Assembly: GCA_004431415.1 (NCBI GenBank)
Contig: QPMI01000328.1
Location: forward strand, 1 to 62,969
Source of the DNA: Cyanophora paradoxa CCMP329
Lineage: Eukaryota; Plantae; Glaucophyta
Length of the DNA stretch: 62,969 nucleotides
Direction: 5' to 3'
Part shown: positions 12,401-25,086 of the stretch, piece after piece
Layout: every line of letters starts with the position of its first letter
Position numbering within the stretch: position 1 is the first letter of the stretch
The notes under the pieces: model-generated
Database searches by the model: none
The model's input: the letters and a program-made list of their open reading frames with translations, nothing else
Told to the model about the DNA's origin: nothing
Translations under genes and position numbers: made by a program

Positions 12401-12711
12401 GCCGCGGCCTGTCAGCGCTGGCGGCCTAGGGGTTGCAGCGGGCCGCGCACCTGCCAGCTCGTCCGCAGGGCGGCGTCGTAGGGGTCTGACATGCTCCCGC
12501 TGCGCTTGGCCGGCGAGCCGTCGGCGCCGCGCTGCTTCCTCGGCGAGCCGCTCGACGCGGGCGGCTCGGCGCGGAAGAAGCTTCCCCATGAACCCTGGAG
12601 GTGCTCTAGTCGGGGCAGTCAGAGCTACACCTGGACCGAGGCGTTTTTCTTAGCACCTGGCAGGTCGGCCCTGAAAACAACTGCACGGGTGGAGGCCTTG
12701 CCGTCGTCCAT
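9429..12711 (-). CDS. Hypothetical low-complexity multi-exon protein (3' end uncertain)
   Basis: Exon-like segments MDDGKASTRAVVFRADL, DDDVRIDDGEYTTTPMR, RRSSLSRLKKSFQGLFLPMDEEE, FALLPEELASDLLDWPPP, separated by typical C/G-rich introns. No recognisable domain. Confidence 0.45.
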
Positions 12712-13492
12712 GCCGCAGCGCTGTCTGCTGTGGACCGCAGTGCCCCGCCTGCCCTGAGCTTAGCGCTCCACTGGTTCTTGCGTCTGGAGCTCACGCAGCG
12801 GCTGCACTCGTAGTTATGAGCGTTAATTCACGCAGAGGTCTCCTTGGCAAACCTGTGTTCGCCCAGAAGAGTAGCCCTGTTGGCTAGCACAGGCAAGCTT
12901 AAGTGAAGCCGCCTGCAGTACTAGTGTCGCACTATGCGCGCCGCGCCCCAGTCTACCCCTACCCCTGGACGGGTACAGGTATATCGTTATCGTACTGGTC
13001 GCGATCGATCGCGATATCGTTATTGATCATGATCCGATGATCGCGATCGGCCGGCGCCGGCCGCGCGCGCGCGGGGCTGCCGCGCGCAGCTGCAGGCTCG
13101 CGCCGATCGCCGAGTCGAGCGCTAGCGCTAGCGCAGCGCTATATATACACTAGTTGGAAACTTTGAAACGGGGTAGGGCCCCCCGGGCCGCTTTGCAGCG
13201 TTTGCAGCGAGATCCGGGCCATGGGCGCCGGCTATCGATATACACACTATCGATATCGATCCGCTATCGATATCGATGATCGATCAGCAGGCCAAGCATG
13301 CATATGGCGGCCAAACTCGAAAGCATTGCAATTGTCATTTTGCGAGCTGAATTTGAAGATTTGGCGACACTAGTCTAATAATAACACAGGCGCTGGAATG
13401 CATCATCAATCATGCGACATAGTGGGGCGATACGGTGCAAACGCACGCTGCTGCCTAAATAAACGCGACCGTGGGGGTCACTGACCGGAATA

Positions 13493-16400
13493 TCACTGCC
13501 CGCCGGCGCCGTCCCAGCCGTCGAGGAGCCAGTCGTCCGGCAAGAAGTTGCCGTCCTCTTGGATGAGGCTGGGGAAGACAAAGCCGTCGCCGCCCCCCTG
13601 CTGCTCCTGCTGCTGCTGCTGCTGGAGCTGCCCCGCGTGCTGCTCCTGCCCCGCCTGCGCCTGCACGTGGGTCCGGGCCTGGGCCTGCGCGGCCTGCTGA
13701 GCGCCGGGTTCCTCCGGGGGCTCCGCTGGCAGGATCTCCGGGAGCCGCGAGAAGCCCGTCCATATGGGCGCCGCCAGGACCGGACCGGAGGAGGGCCCTT
13801 CCTGCAGGGCGGGGCGGGGCGGGGGAGGCGCCTGCGCCTGCCCCGCCTCCTCCTCCTCGTCGAGGTCGAGGATGATGATGTCCGAGGGCGGCCCCGGAGC
13901 TGCGCACCCCCCCGATGTCAACTGGAGCCGCGATCGCTTGGCCGAGGAGGGGATGCCGTGTGCACTCACCGGGGCGGGGCGGCGGCGGCGGGGGAGGGGA
14001 CGGAGGCGGCGGCGCCGGGGGCTCCCAGACGTCGTGGCGGCTGGACCAGGCCTGCAGGCCGGGGAAGGCGGAATGCTGGGAAGAGGCGGCGCCGGGAGAT
14101 GCGAACGGGTCGAGCGGGTAGAAGGAGGCCTGCGGCGGCATCGCCGAGGAAGAGGACGAGAAGGTGCTCGACAGGGACCCGCATAAGGCGAAGTGCTGCT
14201 GCTGCGCCTGCTGCTGCGCCTGCTGCAGCAGCTGCTGTTGCGCCTGCTGCTGCTGCTGCTGCGCCTGCTGCTGCGCTTGTAGCTGCGCCTGCTGCTGCGC
14301 CTGCTGCTGTAGCTGCTCATAATAAAGGGAGAAGGTGGGGGGCCGCAGGAGCGCGCTCGCGGCGGCGGAGGGGGCGGGGGCGGGGGCGGCGCGGGCGGCG
14401 TGGCGCTGGCGGGCGGCGAGCAGCTGGTGCGAGTACTCCAGCAGGGCCTCTGCCGAGGCCGGCTCCCCCGGGGCCGCCTGCGTCTGCCGCCAGGACGAGG
14501 ATGAAGAGGAGGTCGAGGAGGAGCGCCCCAGGGAGGAAGACGACGACGGGGCCCCGGCGGAGCGCACGCGCGAGAAGGGGTTCGTGAAGGAGCTCGGGAT
14601 GGTGCTCAGGCCCGAGGGGAGGCCGGGGGGGCGGGCGGAGAGGCAGGGGAAGGGGTACACGGGGGCCTCCTGGGGGGGTGGGGCGGCGTCGGGCTCCGTC
14701 TTGATGACGACTGGGGGCGGCGGGGGCCGCGGCAGCTCCTCGTCGTCGCTGTCGAGCACGATGACCTCGGGCTCCTTCGGGGCACTGCTCACCCGCTTCG
14801 CCGGCGGCTCCGCGGGCGATGAGGGCCCCGCCCCCTCCCCCTCCAGCGGCCCCCGGAGCCCCTCCTGCCGGCCCGGCGAGGCGGCGGCCTCGCCGTCGCC
14901 GCTGGAGCGGCGGCGCTTCGTGCCCGAGGCGGGGGCCCCGTGCGCGGGCCCCGGCGGCTGCCAGGAGCCGTCGGGGAGCACGACGACGTGCGTCTCCTCG
15001 GGCGAGACGCTCTCGAGCACCTGCGCGCCGGCCCGCCCCGTCAGCTGCCGCCGCGCGGCGGGGCAGCCCCGGCGCCCCGGCGGCGCTGCAAGCCACGCGC
15101 CCTGCTCATTAGGCCGTCCACGACGAGCTGCGAGTAGGGGAGCGGCTGGTTGCACACCGGGCACTGCGGGGCGGCGTGTGGGGGCAGGGGGGGGACGAGG
15201 GGGCGGGGGGAGGGGCCCGGCGCGCACGTGCCAGACGTGCTGCTGGTGGGAGAACTCCAGGAAGGCCTGCAGATCGAAGCACTGCGGGTGCTTGCAGGCG
15301 CGGCCCTTGGCGGCCACCCGCAGGCGCTGGTACGAGAGCGGGCACCGCAGCGACACCGTCGTCACCTGCTCCTCGATCTCCAGGTCGCTGTCCGCCTCCT
15401 CGGGCACCGGGGGCGGGGCGGCCGCCGGGATCGACCCGCGCCGCTGCGCCCCGGCGGGGTCCGCGCCGCCCGGGATAGCCCCCGCGGCAGAGCCGGCGCC
15501 GCAGCCGGACATGGCGGCGGCTAGGGCGGCGCGTTCTTGCTCGCCGCGCATCATGCGCTGTACGACCTGCGGGGCGCTCGCTCGCTCGCTGGCGGCGCCG
15601 GGGCGGGGCGGGGCCGGCCGCACCTCGTGGGGCGTGCGCATGGCGACGAGCTGCACGGCCGCCACCCCGAAGAGCGCGGTCGGCCGCTCGAGCTCCAGCA
15701 GGTTGCGCCCTGACGCGATGTACTGCCGCCCCGCACCTTGGTGGCCGCACCGCGCCCGGCGTGCGGGCGGGGGCGCACCTGCGTGATGTCCATCGGGGGG
15801 TACGTTACGTAGGGTTCCTTGGAGGCGCCCTTCACGTGGCGCACCTTCCTCAACTGCCGGCCGGGCTCAGGGCGAGGGCGGGCGCGGGAGCGGCAAGGGC
15901 GGAGGGGCAGGACGCTGCGCACGACGGGTGGATCCACGGGCCGCCGGTTGATCTTGGGTCGCATCTCCGGCACCCACCCGACGTCCTTGTGCTTGTGCGA
16001 GAAGAGGCGGACCTGCCGGCGCCGGGCCGCCGGGCTCAGCAGGGGCGCCCCGGCGGGGCCGAAACGCGCCGGCGCGACGCACGTGCACGGCCAGCCCGCA
16101 TTTCTCGCCGGCGCGCCGCTTGACGCTGCGGCGTGGCGCCGGTCGGGTCGCGCGGTCGCTCTGCGGCGCGGAGAGGGAAGGAGAAGGCACGCACAGGTCG
16201 CCCTGGATCATGGCGAAGGTGTTCCGGTCGATCTCGAACTCGCCCTTGATGTTCACCATGCTGATCGTCGTCCCCAGGCCGACGACCCCCAACAGCCGCA
16301 CCTGCGCCGCCACCGCCCATTGGTTTTCTTTCCGTAAGAAAGGAAAAGGAAGGCGCGCCTGCTCGAAGAATGGGTCCTGCTTCTCGATGAAGCGCTCACT

Positions 16401-17296
16401 CATTACCAGCTCCTGCGGGTTGAACGTGGGGGTTTTTGGCACTCCCCCGAACGCGCCCCCATTTCTGCGTAGCTGCGTAAGCGAGAGAGGGAGCGCGTGG
16501 GGCATGGATAGCGGGTGCGCACGATGGGTTCGAAAGGCGCTGCAGAATGGAGCTCGCGTTATACGACGCGTAAGCAGCGCGAGCGACATCAATGGACTGC
16601 GCCCCAGATCGGGCAGCGATGCCCGAACGATCGACGCCGAATAGAGGATTGACAAACTGGCGCATTGATGTTTGGGCTGGCGTTCGGGACGATGCTGCAG
16701 CTGGCTGCTGCGAGTTGAGAAACTGCTGCGGAAGGCGCCATCGGTTCTCCTCGGTAGTCAAGGCCGGCCGCGTGCTCGCTGGTGCTACAGAACTACTTCT
16801 TGAAGCCAATGTGCTGCGATTCAGCGCTGGCACGGGCTGCGGAGCCCCATTCGCGCCGAAGAGAACCGAGGCAAGACGGCCAACAAGGTCGTTCTTGACG
16901 CCTGTCGGCGCAGGGACAAGGGCGGTTAGCCGGATCAGCAATCAGCGGGCTCTATCTGAAAGCTTGGCCGAGTGCGAGAGCGCGAACCGCACTGCGAGAG
17001 CCCGATCCCCGTTTTCGTCCGAACGAACTGCGAGTTCAGTCAGAAGAGAGCGGCGGGCGTCATGCGGGATGGAGCGAGCCTGTATCAACTTCTTGAGTTC
17101 GCCGACCTGCACAGATCACGGGGGCGCGGGTAAGGCGGGAGTTTCAAGTCGTGCGGCTGACTGCGGTGGCGGGGTGGTTGCTATGCACCTTGAGACCATG
17201 TAGGGTCTGCGCCGATGAGAGCCGATTGCGGAGGACGTCGCTGCTCATGCCCAGCTCGGTGCCTAGCATAGACAGGTCGGCCTCCGAAAACGCCAT
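13493..17296 (-). CDS. SIZ1: SIZ1/PIAS-family SUMO E3 ligase (SAP + SP-RING/MIZ)
   Basis: N-terminal SAP-like LK|VGELKKLIQ...GVKNDLVGRL; SP-RING VSLRCPLSYQRLRVAAKGRACKHPQCFDL...WH|CPVC; SIM-like VIVLDSDDEE and IIILDLDEEEE; Q-rich tail. Confidence 0.9.
14194..14316 (-). repeat. CAG-rich repeat encoding a poly-Gln/Ala tract in the SIZ1-like gene
   Basis: (ctg)n runs on +, translating QQQQAQQQAQLQAQQQ on -. Confidence 0.8.
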
Positions 17297-17627
17297 TAGG
17301 CCGTGTTTGCTCAGCGCATTGCTGAAGCCTCACATCGTCAATGAGCGCCCGAGTGCTGGCCGCACGGCCTCAAAAAGAATGCTTTACCCCTCAGTGCGCT
17401 GCCGACGCCTGCCGTCGCCTGCCGAAACTGTGCAGCAGGCTGCGCTTTGAGGTTTGAATCGGCGAGTTTAGCTATAGACTCTGCAGCCGGTGCGCACGTC
17501 CGCACGGCGGTGGTGCCCGTGCGCACGCAGGCTGAGGCAGCCCATCGATATCACAAAGCCATCCCATTCACCGATCCTGTACAGATTGAGCGGGCACGAC
17601 TTCACAAGCCCGTGTGGACCCCCGCGA

Positions 17628-20600
17628 ATGGCCAGCGAGAACGGCACCGGCACCAGGCTCTCATACGGCGGTGGAAAACTTAGTAACCCACCCTCGTACG
17701 CCGCGCACGGAAGCTTGTCCCCACACGCCGCCGTCCCGGGCGGCTGACTCGGGTCAGGGAGCAAGAGCTCGCGGCCTTCGAAGACATCGAACCTCAAGAC
17801 CTCCCAGCGCGCCACAAGCGCGACATAACAAGCCGCGTGTTCGTGAATCGGGAGGTCAGGCTCGACCGCATCAAGTAAGACCACACCCCCGCCCGAAGGC
17901 GCCCCTCTTACTCAGCGCGCGCGGCGCGCGCGCCAGGTTCTATGGGTGAGGGCCCGCTCGGCCCCTTTCACGCACCCTAAACTGTTAGCTAGGTTCGACA
18001 TGGACTACACACTGGCTGTCTACAACAGCCCCGCCTACGAGTCCGCAGTCTTTCCACCCTCGGGGTGCTCTTCTCGCACTAAATCAGACGCAGAGCCCTC
18101 GCCTATGACCTCGGTCCGCGCGCTCAGCCGCGCGCGCCCCGCCCGCCGTGGCGGGCGATGCGATCGGGCCGCGCAGCCATCGAGCGGCTCATCTCGAGCG
18201 GGTACCCCGTGCGCCCCTTTCCTCCGAGGGGAAAGGCCCTGGGGCAGAGCGGTGCTCGGGGGCGCAGGCGGAGCTGCGGGCGATGAAGTACGACGCGAGC
18301 TTCCCGATCCGGTGCGCGGCGGCGTGGGCCGGGGCGAGCCTCCGGGGCCTCCCTCGAGCTGGGGCCTCCGAGCGGGCGCCCCCTCCCCCCGCAGGGGCCT
18401 CTTCCTCGACAAGCGCCTGGGCAACCTCCTCAAGGTGCCGCCCCCCCGGCCTTCGGCCCCGCCCCGCACTCACCGCGCCCCCAGGTCGACGCCTTCGGGT
18501 GCGCCCCCGCCGCTTCGGAGGAGGAGCAGCAGCCGCCGCTCGTCCCCCTCGCGGCGCCTCAGTTTGATTGGCCGGGGCGGGGGGCGCGCGCAGGGGGATC
18601 CTCGTCTGCGTGCACGGCCGGGCGCTCGTCTCCAAGGAGCAGCTCCGGGTGCGACGCCCCGCGGCCCGCGCGCGCGCAGTCCACGGGCGCCTCGAGGCGC
18701 GCGACGCGACGCCGGCAGGAGTGGTACCCGACGCGCACGGTGCAGGACGACCAGATCGGGCGCCGCTTCTGGCTCCTCGACACGCGTGCGCCGGGGGGCC
18801 GGGGCGGGGCGGGGGACGGGGCCGGGGCCGACGCCTCGTGCGCAGTCTTCACGCTGCCGGAGGCGTGCCTGTACGCCGACCTCGTCCAGGTGGGGTGGGG
18901 CCCCTGCGGGGTCCGGGCGGGGGCGGCACTCCCTCGGGGGCGCCAGGTGACCCCCGGGGCGCCCCCGTCAGTTCTTCGAGGAGCTCGGCGTCCGCTCGCG
19001 CGAGGCCGGCCCCGCCGCGGCCGCCCAGGCCCCCGCCCCCGCCGCCCCCGCCGAGGCACCGGGCGCCTCCGCCTCCCCGACACCCGCCGTGCCGGTCCCG
19101 CCCCGACCCCGCATCCAGGTGCCCCCCTGCTCGTCCCACAGACAGGGAGCTCGGGGCGCGAGGGGGCGCCGGCGCGCGGGCGGCCTCTCCGGGAGGGCTA
19201 GGGGGAGGGCGGGGCGCTGGGGCTGGGGGCGTCGCGCCGAGGCGGGGGCGGGGCGCAGCGCGAGCTCTCGCTCTCGGCGTCGCCGGCGCACGCGATCCCC
19301 GAGGCCCTCGCCGCCACCCTCGCCTCCCGCCGCGCCTCCCCCTTCCCCCCGCCCCACCCGGGCCCCGGCCCCGCCGCCCCCGAGCCCCGGCCGCCGCCCG
19401 CCCCCGCGGGGTCCCCCAGGGGAGCGGGGGCGGGGCAGGGCCCGATGAGGTCCCCGCCGGTCTCCATCCAGTTCGGCCTGGGGGGCGCCCCGGCCCCCGT
19501 CCCCGAGGAGGGCGAGGGCGAGGAGGGGGACAGCAGCGGCGACGAGGCCCTCGGCGTCCAGCAGGCGAGGAGACAGAGGGGGCCCCGCCCGCCCGCCCGC
19601 CCCCGCCTGACGCCCCGCCCGCCCCCGCAGCTCGCCTCCGAGTCGGTGCAGATCAGCTACGCGAACCTCTTCCAGGCGGGAGCCGCGGGGCGGGCGGGGC
19701 GGGGGCGGGGGGTGACGGGGCGGGGGCAGGACGTGCGGGCGGCGATGGAGCACCTGCACGCGAGCGGCCTCCTCAAGGAGCACACCGTCAAGGACCTCCC
19801 CAAGTGCGGCCACGCGCCCCGAGCTAGCCGGCTTGCACTGCCCGGCCTCACGCCACGGGGCCTTGCTTTCCTTGCGTGCTGCCTTCGCGTGACTCGGGGG
19901 CCGGGGGGCGGGGCGCAGGTACGTGCGCAAGGACGGGCGGCTGCCCCTCTTCCTCCGCCGCCTCCGCTCCAGCGGCGCCAAGGCCCGCCCCGCCCCTCCG
20001 CCCCTCCCCGCCCCCGCCCTCACCCCCCTGCCCGCCCCAGGTCTTCCTCCTCACCAACAGCGAGTACGGTGCGCCGCCCCCCGAGGAGGGGCCCCGGCCG
20101 CCGGCGCCGACGCGGGCGGGCGGGGCGGGCAGACTACACGCACAAGATCATGGCGTACATGCTGGGGGACTACCCGCCGCCCCCCGAGGAGTACGCCGCC
20201 GCCGTCGTCCGCCCCGGCCCCTCCTCCCCCGCCCCCGCCCCCGCCCCGGCGAGGGTGGCCGGCAGGCGGCGGGGACGGGTCGGCGGAAGCGGCCGGGCCG
20301 CAGCCGGACCACGAGCGAGGACGGATCGGACCCCACGCAGGTGCCCCGCTCCCACCCGCGTTTGCATGCCCGTCTGGGTCGGGACGAGTCGGGGGCGAAG
20401 GCTGGGGCCCCCCCCGCGGTGCCGTCCCCCTCGGACCCCGCTGTCTGGATCTCCTACTTCGAGTGCGCGCCCCTCTTCCCCCGACCTCCCCACCCTCCTC
20501 CCCCCCTCCTCCCCTCCCTTTCCTCACGCGCTCCCGCCCCAGCATCGTCATCGTCAAGTGCGGGCGCCGCTGTCCCCCCTCGCGGGGCCGGCAGGGCGGG

Positions 20601-21969
20601 GCCGACGGCGCGGGGCGGGGGCGGCAGCGCGCGGAAGCCGCTCTTCTTCAAGGAGGGGACGTCGCTGCGGCAGGTGGACACGAGCACGGGCCGCCTCATG
20701 CTCAGCGCCGTCTCCGGCCCCCTCGCCCTCGGCCGCGTCTACAGGCCGGCCCCGCCCCGCCCCGCCCGCCCGCCGGCGGGGTGAGGCTGGAGGGCGCAGC
20801 GGGGGCTCGCTGGACATGTTCCGGGAGCTCACGGGCGCCCGCGGCCACGAGGTCCTTTACATCGGTCCCCGCCCCGCCCCGCCCCGCCCCGCCCCGCCCC
20901 TCCCACCGCCCCGCCTCACCCTGCGCCCGCCCCAGGCGACCACATCTTCGCCGGTGCGCCCCGCCGCGCCGCGCTCGCGCCTGCGCATGGCCGGGGGCGG
21001 GGCGTGAGGCGGGGGCAGACATCCTGAAGAGCCGTAAGACGAGCTCGTGGCGGACCCTCCTCATCGTCCGCGAGCTCGGTGCCCCCGCCCAGCCCGCTCC
21101 TCGCCCCCGCCCCGCCCCCTCACCCCGCGCCCCCGCGCCCCATCCCCAGACGCCGAGATCGCCAGCTGGGTGCGTGCCGCTCCCCCTTGCACCTCGCCCC
21201 TTGCGGCCTCGCGGGGCGAGCGGGGGGCGGGCAGCGGGCGGGGCGCTCGAAGTACATCCACCTGCTGGTGGGCGCCCCCGGCGTGCGCCCGGCCGGCGCC
21301 TGAGGCGGGGCGGGGCCCCCGGGGGGGCAGAACCTGGAGCACATCCGGGCGGAGGTCTACCGCGAGCTCGACTCGTCGGCGACGCGCGCGCCCGACATCT
21401 CCAGCCTCCTCCGCCACATCCGCCACGTCCGCCCCGCCCCGCCCCGCCTGCCCCGTCTGCGTCTCCCGGCGAGGCGGCGGGGCGGCGCGGCGCAGACGCA
21501 GGAGGCCCTCGACCACACCTTCAACGCGTGCGCCCCCCGCGCCCCTGCCGCCTTCCCGCCCTGCTGCGAGCCCGCCGCCTGCGTCCCACGCCAGGTGGTT
21601 CGGCGGGCTCTTCCGCTCGGGCTCCAAGCAGACCTTCTTCTCCATGCAGGTCCAGCGGTGCGCCGGCCGCCCCGCGCCCCCGACCCATATCCCGGGCGTC
21701 GCCGCCGAGGGGCCCCCGCCCCGCAGCTACGCGGACCTGTACGCCAGCGACTTCCTCCACCTCATGGAGGCGCCTGCCCCCGCCTTGGCCCGGGCCCCGC
21801 GCGGCGTGACGGGGGCGGGGCGGGGGCGCAGTACCCGCTCTTCTACTTCTTCAGCCTGCTGCCGGCGTTCCTGCCGCACGAGCACACCCAGCGCGAGGGC
21901 GAGGTCGTCCCGGGCGACTCGGGCGGCGGCCGGCCCGCGCCCCGCCCCCGCCCCGACCACGAGGCCTGA
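17628..21969 (+). CDS. NT5C2: Cytosolic purine 5'-nucleotidase (cN-II, HAD superfamily), many small exons
   Basis: Spliced RVFVNR...K|FYG|[10 protein letters not shown] (HAD motif I), FLLTNS (II), ARKPLFF (III), VLYI|GDHIFA|DI (IV), [31 protein letters not shown]. Confidence 0.93.
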
Positions 21970-22415
21970 CCCACGAGCGAGCCCTCGAGCTCTGCCCGTG
22001 CGCATGCGCTTGGCCCGCATGAGCACTTGTAATTGTTGGCCTCGGATGCTGGAGGACCAGGGAAGGAGCCCATGTGAGGAGAGCGGGCGCGTGCGCTCTT
22101 TAATTTATTGTGGCGGTCTGCCGGTCTGGGCATGTCTGGGCTGTATACGTAAGGCGAATGTGCATCGAAGATGCGTCGTACCCCCACGTTGTCATTGAAA
22201 ACAACGCGCGGGAGCTTTGTAGGCCACGGTTAGCAGCTCGGAGGTCGAGCGGCGATGCAGGCATAGCGCCACGCGCGGTCGTCGTCCTTGCCGTAGCGCC
22301 TGGAGGTCGCTCCTCTGCGCTGGCAATCTACAGCCTGGCTCGGGCCAAAATTGCGCGTGTAGGCTCTATATCTGGTTCCTAGCCGCTTTGATTAGCTCTC
22401 GAGCTCGTCCGTTCC

Positions 22416-25086
22416 ATGGCGGCGCCGCCCAAGACGGCGGGGCCGCCCGAGCTCGTCCCCTCTATGGCGGCGCCGCCCAAGACCGCGTCGCTGCCCGAGG
22501 ACTCCGATGCAACTGCCTCGTATGGGAGATCGCTCACGGGGTTTGCCGACTTGCGCGGGCCGACCTGGATCTACCCGTCGCGTGGGACGCACCGGCCCTC
22601 TGCACAGAGTTACTATCGGAGGTGGCCTCGCCTGCGCGCCCGGCTACGCAGCAGAGCGCCTGACGCTCCCCAGGCTGCCGAACCAAGAGGTGGCCATGTC
22701 CGCGGTGCTGAGCCCTAAACCGGCGGTCGTGCGCCGAAGCTTGCCGCCGGATACCTTCGAGGCGTTCCGCCGATACCGCTGCTACGTGCGCCGCTGCCGC
22801 TCGGCGCCCGGCGGCGCCTCTGCGGCCGCTAAGGTGGGGGCGGGGGCAGCCGCACAAGAGCGACGAGCGGTTCGACGCGTTCCTCGCCCGCGCGGGGCTC
22901 CGCCTCCCCGCCCCCGTGCGCTCCTCGCTCCACGAGGGGGCGGCGCGGCTGGGCACGCCGCCGCACCCGATGGACGACCCGGCGCCCTTCGAGGCGCTCC
23001 TGCCCCTCGCCGGCCTCTTCACCGCCGAGTGCAACTCCGTGCGCCGCGCCCCGCGCCGGCGAGGGGGCGGCCGGGCGGCGGGGCGGCGAGCGCGGGGCGG
23101 CAGGTGGGCGGCGACCCGGGGGAGAACGCCCGCTGCCACGAGCTGCTGGGCGCCCGCTTCCCCGAGCTGCGCGCCATCTTCTTCGCCTACGCGCGCCACC
23201 GCGAGATCCAGCCCCTCGAGCGGCGCGCCCCGCCCGCCCCGCCCCGCGGGGGCCGCGGGGCCGACGCGGGGGCAGGGTGGTGCGGGGCGAGCGCGTGTGG
23301 GCCGTCAACCGCCTCGAGTTCCTCATGCTCCTCCGCGTGCGCCCTCCCCCTCCCGGCCCCCTGCCCCGCCGGCCGGCGGCGGGGCGAGCGAGCGGGGGCC
23401 CGCCAGGACTGCCGCCTGCTGGACGCCGGGCGGAACTCGGCGGCGGCGGCGGACGGCCTCTTCTGCGCCGCCGCCCGCGCCCTCCGCGGCGTCGACGCCC
23501 GCGCGTGCGCCCCCGCCCCGGCCCCTCCGCCGCCGTCCCCGAGGCGGCGTGGGGGCAGGGCGGAGGGGGCGCCGGGCCCGCCTGCGCCGGACGGGAGGGT
23601 GGCGCTGACGCTCCCGAGTTCCTCGTCACCCTCGTCCGCCTCGCCCAGCAGCGGTGGCCCCGCCCCGCCCCGCCCCGCCGCGCTCTCCCGGGGCGCGGCG
23701 AGCCGCTGGGGCAGGTTCGGGGACCAGCGCCTCCTCTCCATGTCCGAGCGCCTCGAGCGCCTCCTCGTGCGCCCCGCCTCCGCTCCCCCCGGGGGCCTTC
23801 GCCGGGCGGGCGGGGCGAGCGGGGGCGGGGCAGCGGGACTGGGTGGCCCCGCGGGCGAAGCGGGACCGCGTGCGCGAGCTCCGGCGCGCCATCGCCCGCG
23901 AGCCCTGCCACGGTGCCGTGCCCCGGGGCCCCGCCGCCCCGCCGCCGCCGCCGGCCGAGGCTGAGTGAGGGGGCGGCGGGGGCGGGGCAGGGCTGCTGCG
24001 GCGCGCCGGCCCCTTCCTCTCGGCCGTCTTCAGCGGGTACCGCGGGGCGGACGCCTTCACGCGGGAGCGCCCTGACGAGCGCATGTCCCTCCGCGAGTTC
24101 GCCCGGTGCGCCCCGGCGGGGGCGCGGGGGCCGGGGCCGGGGCGGTGGGGGCGGGGGCTGAGGGCGGGGCAGGGTGCTGGTGGACGGGGCGCTGCTGGGC
24201 CCGCTGCCGCGGCTCGGCCCCAAGGAGTCCCTCGACCTCTTCCACACCTGCCTCTGCAACACCGCCCAGGAGGCCCGCCGCCCCCCGACGCCCGCCCCGC
24301 CCCGCCCGACGCCCTGGCGGTGGGCGCAGACGGGGCGGCTGGGGCCCATCGACGACGACCGGCCCCTCATGGGCCTCGGCGAGTTCACCGAGGCGCCCCC
24401 CCCGCCCCCCCCCCCCCCCCCCCCCCCTTCCCCCAGGCCTCTGCCTGAGGGGCGGTCGCCACCGCGCAGGCGCTCTGCCGGATCGCCGAGCTGCGCAGGT
24501 CGCGGTGCGCGGCCGCCGCCTGCCCCCGGCCCCTCCCCGGCCCTCCCCCGGCTCCGAGCCTCCCCCGCGCAGGGCCTTCGACTCGTTCGAGGAGGAGCCG
24601 CTGGACACGCTCGTGCGCGCCGCCCGGGCCGCGCCGGCGCCGGGCGGGCCGCGGGCTCGGGGCTGAGGGGCGCGGGGGCAGGTGGCGCGGCTGCTGGCGG
24701 AGCTGCACGGGACCCTCTCCCGCGGCGTCCCCGGCCTCCAGGTCCCCCGCCCCGCCTCCCCCGCCCTGGCCCGCCCTCTGAGGCCCCCGCAGGGCCTGCC
24801 GAGGCCCCCGGAGCCGCCGCAGGCGATCAGCCTCACCCTCCCCTCCCTCCCCGCCGCCGCCTCCGGGGGCCCGAGGGCGACGCCCCCCGCCTCCGCCTCG
24901 GGCGTCAAGCCGGCGGCCACCCCCAACCCCGCCCCGGGCCCCGCCCCACCGGCACCCCACGGCGGCGGCCGCAGCGGCGGCGGCGGCGGCGGCGGGGCCG
25001 GCGGTGTCGCCAAAGGGGGCGGCCCCCGCGAGCGGCGAGCTCCCCAAAATCACGTGACCGCCCCGGGGCCCGCGGCCCTCCCTTAA
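22416..25086 (+). CDS. Hypothetical protein with degenerate EF-hand-like repeats (similar in style to some flagellar proteins)
   Basis: Two similar modules: ELRAIFFAYA...NRLEFLMLL|QDCRLL...LTLPEFLVTLVRLA and FLSAVFSGY...MSLREFAR...MGLGEFTE|ALCRIA. Stop TAA 25084-25086. Confidence 0.55.
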
